A stretch of 64,000 bases of DNA, from the NCBI GenBank assembly GCA_963700985.1, contig OY969554.1, positions 1,984,001 through 2,048,000 on the forward strand. The letters are read 5' to 3'. The position numbers and the translations under genes were made by a program. How positions within the stretch are numbered: the first letter of the stretch is position 1; each line of letters starts with the position of its first letter. A model generated the notes under the pieces. It saw only the letters and a program-made list of their open reading frames with translations, ran no database searches and was not told where the DNA came from. The stretch comes from an uncultured Chlamydiales bacterium. Lineage in GTDB: Bacteria > Chlamydiota > Chlamydiia > Chlamydiales > Rhabdochlamydiaceae. Shown piece by piece: positions 10,788 through 19,814 of this stretch.

Positions 10788-11372
10788 TTAGAGCTTTATT
10801 TGCGAGGTTCTAGCGTAAGTAAGACCCGCTTCCTTATCTTTTTTATAATGAATCTTCCATTCATTAAAAGCTGGGGCTTTAAACTTACTTACAAGACGAA
10901 GGTGTTGGGCTATTTTCCTGAATTTTTCTTCGGCTTTTGTGACTCTATCTTCAACTTCTCGATTTTTCTGCTGAAGCTGGGTGCGAAGTGTTGCAATCTC
11001 AGTTTGAGCTTTTGAGAGCTCTTCATTTTTAGGGGCTGCAGCTGGAACGGGCGCTGCTTTAAGTGCAGCGATTTCGGCTTCTTTTTTTGCAAGCTCTTGT
11101 CTCAAAGCGGTAGTTTCAGCGTTAGTCAGAGGAGGGGTTGATGTGTGATTATTTAAAGCTTGTTCAGTGCTTTGGCGCGCATATTCTTGTACACACATCG
11201 AAAGCGGAATCATTCCCACAAGTGTAAGGGTTAAAACTAGAGATGCAAAAAAAGCCAGCGCGTAGGTGATGACTTTCATGCATGCACCTGCATCTTCGCC
11301 GGCACGCACAAGGGCAACTACGGAATACATACAGTTAGGCTCGCCGTAACTTTGAATTGCTGGTAATGACAT
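10788..11372 (-). CDS. Inc-like membrane protein with short coiled coil (paralog 3 of tandem array)
   Basis: N-terminal hydrophobic block YALAFFASLVLTLTLVGMIPLSMCVQEY homologous to the two upstream genes; GAGGA RBS supports ATG 11372. Confidence 0.75.
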   Translation of the reverse strand: MSLPAIQSYGEPNCMYSVVALVRAGEDAGACMKVITYALAFFASLVLTLTLVGMIPLSMCVQEYARQSTEQALNNHTSTPPLTNAETTALRQELAKKEAEIAALKAAPVPAAAPKNEELSKAQTEIATLRTQLQQKNREVEDRVTKAEEKFRKIAQHLRLVSKFKAPAFNEWKIHYKKDKEAGLTYARTSQIKL

Positions 11373-11409
11373 ATAATGCATTCCTCTAATTAATTAAAAT
11401 TGTTGTTAT

Positions 11410-11438
11410 ATTTTAATGAATCTACGCATAGTTATCAA
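11410..11438 (-). promoter_or_regulatory. sigma66-type promoter of the 10788-11372 gene
   Basis: Minus strand TTGATA-N17-TAAAAT in an AT-rich intergenic region. Confidence 0.55.
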
Positions 11439-11514
11439 TTTTTAATAAATAATTGATGTTTTTAAAATTATTTATATGTGATCAATGCAATCTTTTTTTA
11501 AGAGATCTATAATG

Positions 11515-11549
11515 AAAAGGGCACTTCGGTGATGCCGAAGTGCCTTTTT
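11515..11549 (-). terminator. Intrinsic terminator downstream of the 1222-aa gene
   Basis: AAAAG-GGCACTTCGG-tgatg-CCGAAGTGCC-TTTTT. Confidence 0.8.
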
Positions 11550-11562
11550 AAGAGAAAGACGA

Positions 11563-14500
11563 CTAATGCTTGCCATTAGCTCCATTGGAAGCTAAGGGGC
11601 CCGCACTCGCACTGCCACTTGGAACAACTTGAACTTTGGCAGTCATTAGTTTTGAATGTTCTTGCTGTAGCTCAGCTAGCGCAGCTTCTGCAGCGTTTTT
11701 AGCTTTGATGGCACTTTCTTGAGCAGTTTCAGCTTTACGCGCATCTGCAAGTGCCATGGCCAGTTGTCTGTTCGCCTCGGTCGCCTGCACGCGACTTTCT
11801 TCAAGCGCCTTTCTCAGTTCCTTAAATTGCACTTCTGATTCACTAGGAGCATTGAATTTACTTACGAGATCTTCTCCAGCACCTAGGATCGCAGCATGTG
11901 TCTCAGAAATTACCGATTTCTGTGCTTCGATCTCTTGTGCAAATTTAGCCTTCAATTCAAGCAATCTTCCCTCATACTGTTTTTGCAGTGAGTTTAGTTG
12001 CTGCTCTTTGTGTACAACTGCTGCTTTCAACTGCTCATTTTCATTAGTAAGGGCATTAGCTTTTTTATCCAACTCTTGGCTTTCTTGCTCCGCTTTTATG
12101 CGTGCATTTCCAATTACTTGAATTGAAGCCTCGGCTGCATTAAGAGCTTTTTCTGCCTCCGTTTCGGCTTTTTGGGCACTCTCTACGTCCTTTTTTAAAC
12201 TCTCAATCTTTTTATCTAGATGCGAGATTGAGGCAAGCAGTCCATCTCTTTCGATTTTTGTAGAAGACTTAAGTGCGGTTAGTTCATCAGTGAGTTGCTG
12301 TGTCTGTGTTTCCGACTCGAGAAACTTGGCGCTCAACTCTTCAACTTTTTTAGCAGCTGCATTAAAATTCGATGTAGAAGTTTCTAGTTCTTTAGTTAGC
12401 TGCGTAACTTGTGTGGCTAAATGTTCAGATTCCACCTTGGCGGCTTGTCTTTCTTGAGTGACTTTCTCAATCTGAACACGAACTGCTGAAGCTTCTTTGC
12501 TCATTGCGGCAAAACTCTGATCATCGAGTCCTTTCTGAGCCTGAGCACTTCTAACTTCAGTAGCAAGAGTTTTATTCTTCTCTTCTAATGCTTCTTTTTC
12601 ACTTCGGAGTTTATCTATCTCTTTATTGAGCTCGTTTATCCTTGCAAGTAAGGCTTCTGCCTCTTTTTGAGCGGCTTCTGAAGCATTTTCAGCGTCTTCT
12701 TGGGCTCCTCTGACAACCTGCATCTCTTCCTGAAGTCTCAGTATTTCATTGGATAATTCTTGCGTAGCATTAAATGATTCAGAGTTGCTCGCGTTTAAAG
12801 TCTTAAGCTGATCTGTATATGCATCAAGATCTGCTGTTAAGAGAGCATTAGTTGATTTGAGTGTAGTTATCTCTTTTTGGGTGCTAGCAAGTTGTTGTTC
12901 TAAGTTGCCAATTTTTAGCTCTAAAACTGATTTAGAAGAGATGAGTTCTTTGATTTTAGCTGTAAGAGCCGTTACTTCTTCAGATAAGTTTTTAACGCCA
13001 AGTGTTTTTCTGGATACTTGTTTTTCAGCTTTATCCAATGCTTCTTGAAGCTCGTCTGCTTTAGCTGTAGCCGCCGTCTTTTCTGCTGTTGCAAACTTGA
13101 GTGTTTTTTGCAGCTCATCGATTTGGGCTCGGGCTTTGGTGCTTGATTCAGAAAGTGCATTGAATTTCGTTTCGAGATCTGCACTCTGCGCAGCGAGCTG
13201 TTCAGAAGCTCGAACGCTACCTTCTAGTTCTTCGATTTTTTCTTTCAAAACAGCTTCTCTGGTTTCAGAGGCGGCTTTTGCATCTTGGGAAACACGAAGC
13301 GCAGCTTTCAGCGCATCTACTTGCGCGTCTTGCTCTGCAAGAGTTTTTCTTGCATTCAATAAAGCAGTTTCATTTTCACCCAGCGTTTTTTCCAGCTGTG
13401 CAATTGCCATAGCAGAATCATTTCCGGCTTTTCCAAGATCTGAGAGTTTTTCAAGAAGGCGCGAAACTTGCGCATTCAGCGCTGTTTCTCTTTGCATGCC
13501 CTCGTTTTTTTGAGCTTCCAAAGCTTGAAGATTGGCCTGTAGCTTGCTGCTCTGTTCTGTTAGCTGCTCATATTTAGCGAGCGTTTCATTTTTTTCCTGA
13601 GTTAAAGCACTAAGTGAAGTATTCAAAGATTTAAGTTGGCTGTCTAACTCTTCTGCGCGCACATGTGCAAATGCTCGAGCGTTTTCAGTGGTTCGCAAAT
13701 CTGCTTTCAATTGGGCAATTTGAGTTTGCGCCGCGGCTTCAGCATCAGTTAGCTGCTGAATTTGCGTATTAAGGGTTGCAATTTGTGTATGTAATGCTGC
13801 CACATCAGCTTGTGCCGCATCTCTTTCTGCCGTCAGAGATTGAACATTTGCGTCTAATGCTAGAATTTGCTTGTTCAAGTTAGCTTCTCTTGCATCAGAA
13901 GCTATTTTCGCTTCTTCAGAAGTGCGAAGCTCAGCTTTTAGTGAGTCTATTTGAGCATTTCGCTGGCTAAGATCGTTTCTAGCAGCAGCTAAGACAGCTT
14001 CACTTTCAGCAAGTGTTTTTTCCAAGCGCTCAAGCGACTCAGCTGAAGCATTTCCAGATGCTCCAAGAGAGTGTAGTTCGCCTTGGAGACGTGCAACGTC
14101 TGCGGCCAATTCAGTTTCTTTTCGTAGGCTATTAGCTTTCAAAGCTTCTAATGCTTCAAGATCAGCATGTAGCTTGTTGACTTGTTCTGTTAGCTGCGTA
14201 CATCTTGAAATTGCGTCATTTTTTTCCTGTCCTAAAGCTTCAAGAGCAGAAGTTAGTTCCTGAACTCGCTTGTCTAAAGCTTCAGCACGTTCAAGAGCAG
14301 ATGCTTTATCTGATTCAGAAGAGCCTAATTTGCCTTCTAAATCAGTGATTCTGGCTTGTGCAGCATCATAAGCAGATCCAGCCTCTTCGATTCGAGTATT
14401 AAGAGTTGCAATTTCTGTTGTTAAAGCTTGAACTCGTTCGCTTGCAACGTCTTTTTCAGAAGTGGTAATTCCAAGATTCGCTTCGAGTTGTAAGGTTTTT

Positions 14501-15231
14501 TGAGTTGCGGCCTCGCGCGCTTCTTCTGCGGTATGCAAAGCTGCATCTAGTTCAGTGATTCTGGCTTGAGCTGAGGTGCCTGCTTCCGTTAGCGTTTGGA
14601 TCTGCTGTTGAAGATTTGTAATTTGCGCATTTAATGCAGTAACTTCTGCGCGCGCGGCATCTCTTTCCTCGGTGGTAGTTCCAAGTGTTGCTTCGAGTTC
14701 GAGGATTCTTTGTGCGGCAGCATTACGCGCCACAAGCGCAGCTTGCAGTTGTGTATCTAACTCGGTAATTCTTGTTTGTGCAGTCTCTCCAGCAGCACTC
14801 ATTTGCAGGATTTGTGTATTAAGTGCGTCGATTTGCGCATCCAAGTTAGGAGTTCCACGACGTAAAGCATCTCTTTCGTCTGTCAGACCTTTCATTGCGG
14901 CTTCAAGGGTTATCACTTTTTGAGCGGCTTCTTCGCCAGCTTTTTGAAGTTGTTCGATTTGTTCAGGCGTTCTGAGTGGAGAGGGATTTGGATTAAGACG
15001 GTGGAATTCAGCATCGAGAGTTTGAGCTGTATATTCTTCAACACACTTAAAGAGCAGTATATTGCCAACCAAAGAAATAATAAGTGGAACGGCGGCAAAA
15101 AAGAGCAGTGCGTAGGCTATGATTCTCTGAACTACTCCAGCGTTTTCAAGGCTAATGTAGCATGCGACAATGCCCGAAGTGCAGTTACGCTCGATGACTG
15201 GATATACGATAGGCTGTGATAGAGCTGCCAT
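11563..15231 (-). CDS. Inc-like membrane-anchored long coiled-coil protein, 1222 aa (paralog 2)
   Basis: YALLFFAAVPLIISLVGNILLFKCVEEY hydrophobic domain followed by about 1100 aa of heptad-rich A/E/L/K/Q/T sequence with 70- and 210-aa repeats. Confidence 0.8.
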   Translation of the reverse strand: MAALSQPIVYPVIERNCTSGIVACYISLENAGVVQRIIAYALLFFAAVPLIISLVGNILLFKCVEEYTAQTLDAEFHRLNPNPSPLRTPEQIEQLQKAGEEAAQKVITLEAAMKGLTDERDALRRGTPNLDAQIDALNTQILQMSAAGETAQTRITELDTQLQAALVARNAAAQRILELEATLGTTTEERDAARAEVTALNAQITNLQQQIQTLTEAGTSAQARITELDAALHTAEEAREAATQKTLQLEANLGITTSEKDVASERVQALTTEIATLNTRIEEAGSAYDAAQARITDLEGKLGSSESDKASALERAEALDKRVQELTSALEALGQEKNDAISRCTQLTEQVNKLHADLEALEALKANSLRKETELAADVARLQGELHSLGASGNASAESLERLEKTLAESEAVLAAARNDLSQRNAQIDSLKAELRTSEEAKIASDAREANLNKQILALDANVQSLTAERDAAQADVAALHTQIATLNTQIQQLTDAEAAAQTQIAQLKADLRTTENARAFAHVRAEELDSQLKSLNTSLSALTQEKNETLAKYEQLTEQSSKLQANLQALEAQKNEGMQRETALNAQVSRLLEKLSDLGKAGNDSAMAIAQLEKTLGENETALLNARKTLAEQDAQVDALKAALRVSQDAKAASETREAVLKEKIEELEGSVRASEQLAAQSADLETKFNALSESSTKARAQIDELQKTLKFATAEKTAATAKADELQEALDKAEKQVSRKTLGVKNLSEEVTALTAKIKELISSKSVLELKIGNLEQQLASTQKEITTLKSTNALLTADLDAYTDQLKTLNASNSESFNATQELSNEILRLQEEMQVVRGAQEDAENASEAAQKEAEALLARINELNKEIDKLRSEKEALEEKNKTLATEVRSAQAQKGLDDQSFAAMSKEASAVRVQIEKVTQERQAAKVESEHLATQVTQLTKELETSTSNFNAAAKKVEELSAKFLESETQTQQLTDELTALKSSTKIERDGLLASISHLDKKIESLKKDVESAQKAETEAEKALNAAEASIQVIGNARIKAEQESQELDKKANALTNENEQLKAAVVHKEQQLNSLQKQYEGRLLELKAKFAQEIEAQKSVISETHAAILGAGEDLVSKFNAPSESEVQFKELRKALEESRVQATEANRQLAMALADARKAETAQESAIKAKNAAEAALAELQQEHSKLMTAKVQVVPSGSASAGPLASNGANGKH

Positions 15232-15442
15232 GATAAGAATCCTTTTAGGTTGGAGAGTTTTTTAAAATGGTCATATTAATTTCTGAAATCGGGGGTAGTA
15301 TAGAAAATATAACCACTATTTTTCTACAAAGATTTTCGATTCATTTTTTTAGTGATGATTTAGTTGGGTGGTACAAAATAATTAAACGTGTTAATTTCAA
15401 ATTCAATATTCAACTCATTTAATTTTTTACTCCACAAGAGCC

Positions 15443-15476
15443 AAAAAAAAGGCACCTCAGCTTTCGCCGAGGTGCC
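15443..15476 (-). terminator. Intrinsic terminator downstream of the 577-aa gene
   Basis: AAAAAAAA-GGCACCTCAGC-tttc-GCCGAGGTGCC; reads as hairpin plus U-tract on the minus strand; stem resembles the 11515 terminator. Confidence 0.75.
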
Positions 15477-15518
15477 CGATGTTTCAAATCACAGCCATGT
15501 GCTGCGATTGTGAATTTA

Positions 15519-17252
15519 CTAATCAGCAGAGAGTACAAGTGCGCCAGATTTCCACTTTGGAAAATCAGCCGGAGTAAGATCTTTTGCTTTTGCAAGGATT
15601 GCTTGCAGTTTTGTCAGCTCTCTTCTCATGCTGGTAGTCTCAGCTTGTGCATTTGTTTGCCCAAGTGTTAAGCCATGGATGATCGCTTTCTGGCCTTCAA
15701 ATGACTGTCCGAGTGCTTTATGCGCAGTATCTAGAACTTCATACCGTTTTTTGCTTCCTTCGACATTCAATTCAGCCATTCTGGCATTTCTAACAGCTGC
15801 ATCAGTCTCTTCTCTTGCTGCGCTAAGGGCTTTTTTAGTTTCATCGAGTTTTGTCTGCATCTCATCAGCTGCTTTTTTAGCAACTTCCTTGTCTGCAACA
15901 GCTTTTTCTAATTTAGCTTTTGCTCTATCTGTCGCAGCTGCATTTGATTTTTTGATGCTTTCGAGTTCTTGGTTTTTTGCTGCCAGTGATTCTTCTGTTG
16001 CCCTAGCTTTAGCGTTAACTTGATCAAGTGATGCAGTCAAGGCAACAATTTTATCATCTTTGTTCTTCACAGTGCCTTCTTTCATCTTAATCGCATTTGC
16101 AGCAGCTTCTGCTTTTTCTTGTATAGCAACAGCGAGATCTTTAGCCAGTCTTGCTGCCTGATCTTTAGCGGCTTTTAATTCTCCGCTTACACGTTCTGTT
16201 TCCGCTTTTGCATTCGCAACTACTTCTGTTGACTGTTCGCGTACGCTTTGAACATCTGCTTTAAGTTGCGCAATTTCCGTTTCTTTTGTGGTCGTTAATT
16301 TTTGAGCTTTTTGCAGATCTGCTGATATAGCTTTTAGCTGCTTTTCAGCGTCTTGTCTGTATTGAGTTGCAGCTTCAAGTTGAGGGGTTAATTCGGCGAC
16401 TTCAGACTTAGCAGCAGAAAGCTCTTTGTTTAAGCTTTTAACGGTTTTTTCGGCAGTTTCTTTTGCTTGAGTGACTGCAGAAAGTTCTTTGCCTAAACTT
16501 TCAACATGTGCCGCTGCTTGATCTTTGGCTCTAGTAGTTTCACCAAGCCTTGTTTCAAGAGCTGTGCTTTTTTGGGTCAATTCTGTAACTGATGCTCGTT
16601 CATTATCCAGCTGAGTTCTAGTGGTTTTGACTTCTTCTTCTAATTGTGTAACTCGTGCTTGTGCTCCTGTGCCAGCAGTCGCAGCTTTAGAAAGTTGTTC
16701 AATTTGTGCTTGAAGTGCAACATTGTGTTCCTGAGTTTGCTGGACTGTTCGTTCAGCAGCACCTTTTTCTGTTCTAAGCACGCCAATTTCTGCGGTAAGT
16801 GCTTGGTGCAGTTGCTGCAATTGTGTGAGATTGTGGGCTGCGGTATCTTTTGCACCTGTGACGGTAATAAGCTCTGCGTTCAAGTTCTGGTGGTCCACCT
16901 CTAATTGTGTAAATCGCTGCTCTGCATTGAGTTTTGCAGTGGTGACAGTTTGAATGTCGCCTTCCAAAGTGGTTACGCGTATTTCAGCGTCAGCAAGCCG
17001 CTGTTGGATTGCAACCGGAATGCCGGTAGCGCCGCTAGCGATGAGGTTTTGTGTTGTATATTCTTCCACGAATTTAAAAAGGAGCAGGTTTCCAACGAGA
17101 GAAATAATGAGAGGAACGGCCGCAAAGAAGAGCACGGCGTAAGCCACAGCTTTATAGAATTCACCAGCGTTTTCCCATTCACGAAATTTTTCTACAGCGG
17201 CTGAGGTGAAGTTGTGCTGTGGTGCTACTGTCGGTGCAAGTGGTGCTGTCAT
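15519..17252 (-). CDS. Inc-like membrane-anchored coiled-coil protein, 577 aa (paralog 1)
   Basis: YAVLFFAAVPLIISLVGNLLLFKFVEEY, nearly identical to paralog 2, then coiled coil; AGGAG RBS. Confidence 0.8.
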   Translation of the reverse strand: MTAPLAPTVAPQHNFTSAAVEKFREWENAGEFYKAVAYAVLFFAAVPLIISLVGNLLLFKFVEEYTTQNLIASGATGIPVAIQQRLADAEIRVTTLEGDIQTVTTAKLNAEQRFTQLEVDHQNLNAELITVTGAKDTAAHNLTQLQQLHQALTAEIGVLRTEKGAAERTVQQTQEHNVALQAQIEQLSKAATAGTGAQARVTQLEEEVKTTRTQLDNERASVTELTQKSTALETRLGETTRAKDQAAAHVESLGKELSAVTQAKETAEKTVKSLNKELSAAKSEVAELTPQLEAATQYRQDAEKQLKAISADLQKAQKLTTTKETEIAQLKADVQSVREQSTEVVANAKAETERVSGELKAAKDQAARLAKDLAVAIQEKAEAAANAIKMKEGTVKNKDDKIVALTASLDQVNAKARATEESLAAKNQELESIKKSNAAATDRAKAKLEKAVADKEVAKKAADEMQTKLDETKKALSAAREETDAAVRNARMAELNVEGSKKRYEVLDTAHKALGQSFEGQKAIIHGLTLGQTNAQAETTSMRRELTKLQAILAKAKDLTPADFPKWKSGALVLSAD

Positions 17253-17413
17253 AAAAAAGCTCCTTGTTAGTTAGGAAAAGTTTTAATAATGCTAGCATTA
17301 GATCAGAAAGGTGATCAGAGCACAATTCTTAAAGATTTCTTTAAGGGGGAGTGCGTTGTTGGGAGTGTTTCTTTTCTTAAATCGATGTATTGGCTATCAT
17401 GCATAGCATCTAT

Positions 17414-18628
17414 ATGCGCTTTTTACCTCTGCTTTTTACCGTTTTTATCGATAGCCTTGGCTTCGGCCTAGTCTTTCCCATGTTGGGTGTATTGATCATG
17501 CACTCAGATGGAGGCATGCTTTCGCCCGAGACATCGGTGGCGACGCGCGGCTGGATCTTCGGTCTGCTGGTTTCTTGTTTCTGCTTAGGTCAGTTTTTTG
17601 GCGGGCCGATTTTAGGGGCGCTTTCTGATCGCAAAGGAAGAAAGAAAGTTTTAATCGCCACGCTTCTGCTTGCACTTTGTGGATATTTGCTAGGAGTATT
17701 AAGCCTGGCCACAGAGAGCATTATCCTCTTTCTTATTTCGCGCATATTGGCGGGAGTTGGTGCGGGTAACTATCCCATTGCTCAATCGATGATTGTCGAT
17801 TCTAGCACAACCGATAAGGCTAAAAATTTTGGTCTGCTGGGAATGGCGTGGGGTGTTGGTTTTATCTTAGGCCCATATTTTGGAGGGGAGCTAGCCACTA
17901 GTGGTATATTAGGGGGCGCAGCTCCATTCTGGTTTGCGGCACTGCTCTGTTTGGCTAACACTATATGGATCTGGTTTGCAGTTAAGGAGACTTTGCCAGA
18001 AGGGCAGCGGCGAGGGATCAATATGTTAGCTGGGATCGAAGATCTTAAAAAAGCTTTTAGTCATCCCACGCTGCGTGGAATCTTTTTAGTGATGTTTGTT
18101 TTTTCTTTTGGTTGGGGCTTTTTCACAGAGTTCTCAGCACTTTTTTTAATCCAGCGTTTTGAATTTAATCAGCAGCAGATCGGGTATTTCTACGCTTGGG
18201 TGGGCATCTGGGTGGCGCTATCTCAAGGAATGTTTATCCGGCCCTTTTTAAAACGGTTTTCCCCGCACGTCCTATTAAGAGCCGCGCTGTTATGTTTGGG
18301 GCTGGTTTTACCTCTAATGCTCTGGTTTCAAGCACCTTTATATCTTTTTCTCGTGCTGCCATTCGTAGCATTTTTTGAATCTTTTATCTTCCCGACGGCC
18401 TCGACGATTGTCTCCGATCTTACCCCTAAAGAGTCTCAAGGAGAAATTTTAGGTGTACACAGTTCTATTCAATGGGCTGCAATCGGGATTTCGCCGCTTT
18501 TTTCTGGCTCATTTGTGGCTCTTTACCCCCATCTTCCGATAACCGTAGCCAGTATAGTAATGTTTTTTGCCTATCTAATCTTTCTATGGATTTGGAAAAG
18601 AAAACCGGCCGGCGTCAATTCTCCTTGA
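17414..18628 (+). CDS. MFS transporter (TetA/DHA1-like efflux family)
   Basis: About 12 hydrophobic segments; motif A GALSDRKGRK; GFILGPYFGG motif C. Confidence 0.9.
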   Translation: MRFLPLLFTVFIDSLGFGLVFPMLGVLIMHSDGGMLSPETSVATRGWIFGLLVSCFCLGQFFGGPILGALSDRKGRKKVLIATLLLALCGYLLGVLSLATESIILFLISRILAGVGAGNYPIAQSMIVDSSTTDKAKNFGLLGMAWGVGFILGPYFGGELATSGILGGAAPFWFAALLCLANTIWIWFAVKETLPEGQRRGINMLAGIEDLKKAFSHPTLRGIFLVMFVFSFGWGFFTEFSALFLIQRFEFNQQQIGYFYAWVGIWVALSQGMFIRPFLKRFSPHVLLRAALLCLGLVLPLMLWFQAPLYLFLVLPFVAFFESFIFPTASTIVSDLTPKESQGEILGVHSSIQWAAIGISPLFSGSFVALYPHLPITVASIVMFFAYLIFLWIWKRKPAGVNSP

Positions 18629-18665
18629 AATAGGAAGAAAAGGCTGATAGACTCATTTTTATTTT

Positions 18666-19805
18666 ATGACAAAAGCCAATCCTCAAGCCCAAAATCCGTT
18701 GATCCTGCGCTACCACCGACTGATGGACGCATTCGCTAAATCAGACGATGAGCGCGACTTTTACCTCGATAAAGTCGAGGGATTTATCTTTTTTGTCGAT
18801 TTAGACAAAAACGAAGAGGAGCTCCGTGCCTTAGAAGAAGAGCTCGATGTGCATGCAAAACGTTACTGCCTCGTTCCTAAAATGACTTTCTATGAGACAA
18901 AGAAGTTCATGGAAGGGTTTGTGAATGAGAAAGTGTACGACATCGACACAAAAGAGAAACTTCTCGATATCATTCAATCTAAAGAAGCCCGTGAAAACTT
19001 TCTTGAATTCATCTACGACCATCTCACAGAGCTAGAGAAGTGGCAGCAATATTATCACGAGCGTTCAAGAATCCGTATTATCGAGTGGTTGCGCGGCCAA
19101 GAGATTCAGTTTGTATTTGAAGAAGATCTTGACCTTCCTCCTGGAATTATTGAAAAGCTCAAGCGCTATATCTTTGAAGCAAAACCTCCTAAAGATGTGG
19201 TTCTGGCACGCGATGTGCTTGTGAACAAAGCCAAAACTTACTATTCGAATGAAGCCCTTAATCCGCGTCCAAAACGCGGCCGCCCACCAAAGCAAGTGGT
19301 GAAGGTAGAAACAGAGCCACAACTCACAGCTGATATGTACACCACTGTACCTGCTGCAGTTCGGCTTTTCCTCTATCTTCCAGATATCACCAGCTCTACA
19401 GCGGTTACTTTCTCGGCGCGTTATGATACCGAAGCTCAGCTGCTTGCCAGCCTGCGCGGAAGTTCACGTGTCAAAGTCGATGCCAAGCTGCAAGCTCTTT
19501 CTGAGCGCTTGGAATCTCTGCGCCATCTCTCAACCAGACTTGTCGATATCCACGATGTTCCAGGTATTGAAAAAGAAGAAAAGCTCATCAAAGCCATTAC
19601 TAAAGAAGTGGAAGAGCTACCTGAAAGTGGAGAAGGCGAAGCCGGTGATAAGAAACCGCGTCGTCTGTTGGATGTGGTAAAGGTCTTCCTGCCAAAAAAA
19701 CGCGAACGCCCTGCCAAATCCGATGATGACACTCCTACTGTAGTTAAACGCAAAGAGATCAAGACAGTTACACCGCTTCAGCACAAAAAAGGCAAAAAGA
19801 AGTAG
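18666..19805 (+). CDS. UPF0158-family conserved chlamydial protein
   Basis: QNPLILRYHRLMDAFAKSDDERDFYLD N-terminus and EALNPRPKRGRPPKQ match my recollection of the chlamydial UPF0158 family. Confidence 0.75.
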   Translation: MTKANPQAQNPLILRYHRLMDAFAKSDDERDFYLDKVEGFIFFVDLDKNEEELRALEEELDVHAKRYCLVPKMTFYETKKFMEGFVNEKVYDIDTKEKLLDIIQSKEARENFLEFIYDHLTELEKWQQYYHERSRIRIIEWLRGQEIQFVFEEDLDLPPGIIEKLKRYIFEAKPPKDVVLARDVLVNKAKTYYSNEALNPRPKRGRPPKQVVKVETEPQLTADMYTTVPAAVRLFLYLPDITSSTAVTFSARYDTEAQLLASLRGSSRVKVDAKLQALSERLESLRHLSTRLVDIHDVPGIEKEEKLIKAITKEVEELPESGEGEAGDKKPRRLLDVVKVFLPKKRERPAKSDDDTPTVVKRKEIKTVTPLQHKKGKKK

Positions 19806-19814
19806 GGGGCGGAC

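Noticed and set aside
11563-15231. SMC, phage tape-measure or myosin assignment for the long coiled-coil protein
   Set aside because: No Walker motifs, hinge or motor domain and no phage context; any similarity would be compositional
15301-15326. Imperfect inverted repeat TAGAAAATA..TATTTTTCTA upstream of the 1222-aa gene as an operator
   Set aside because: Very AT-rich context makes a chance match likely, and it is not repeated upstream of the two paralogs
17414-18628. Acquired tetracycline resistance gene
   Set aside because: Only generic DHA1/TetA-like MFS motifs; no tetR or mobile context; substrate cannot be inferred
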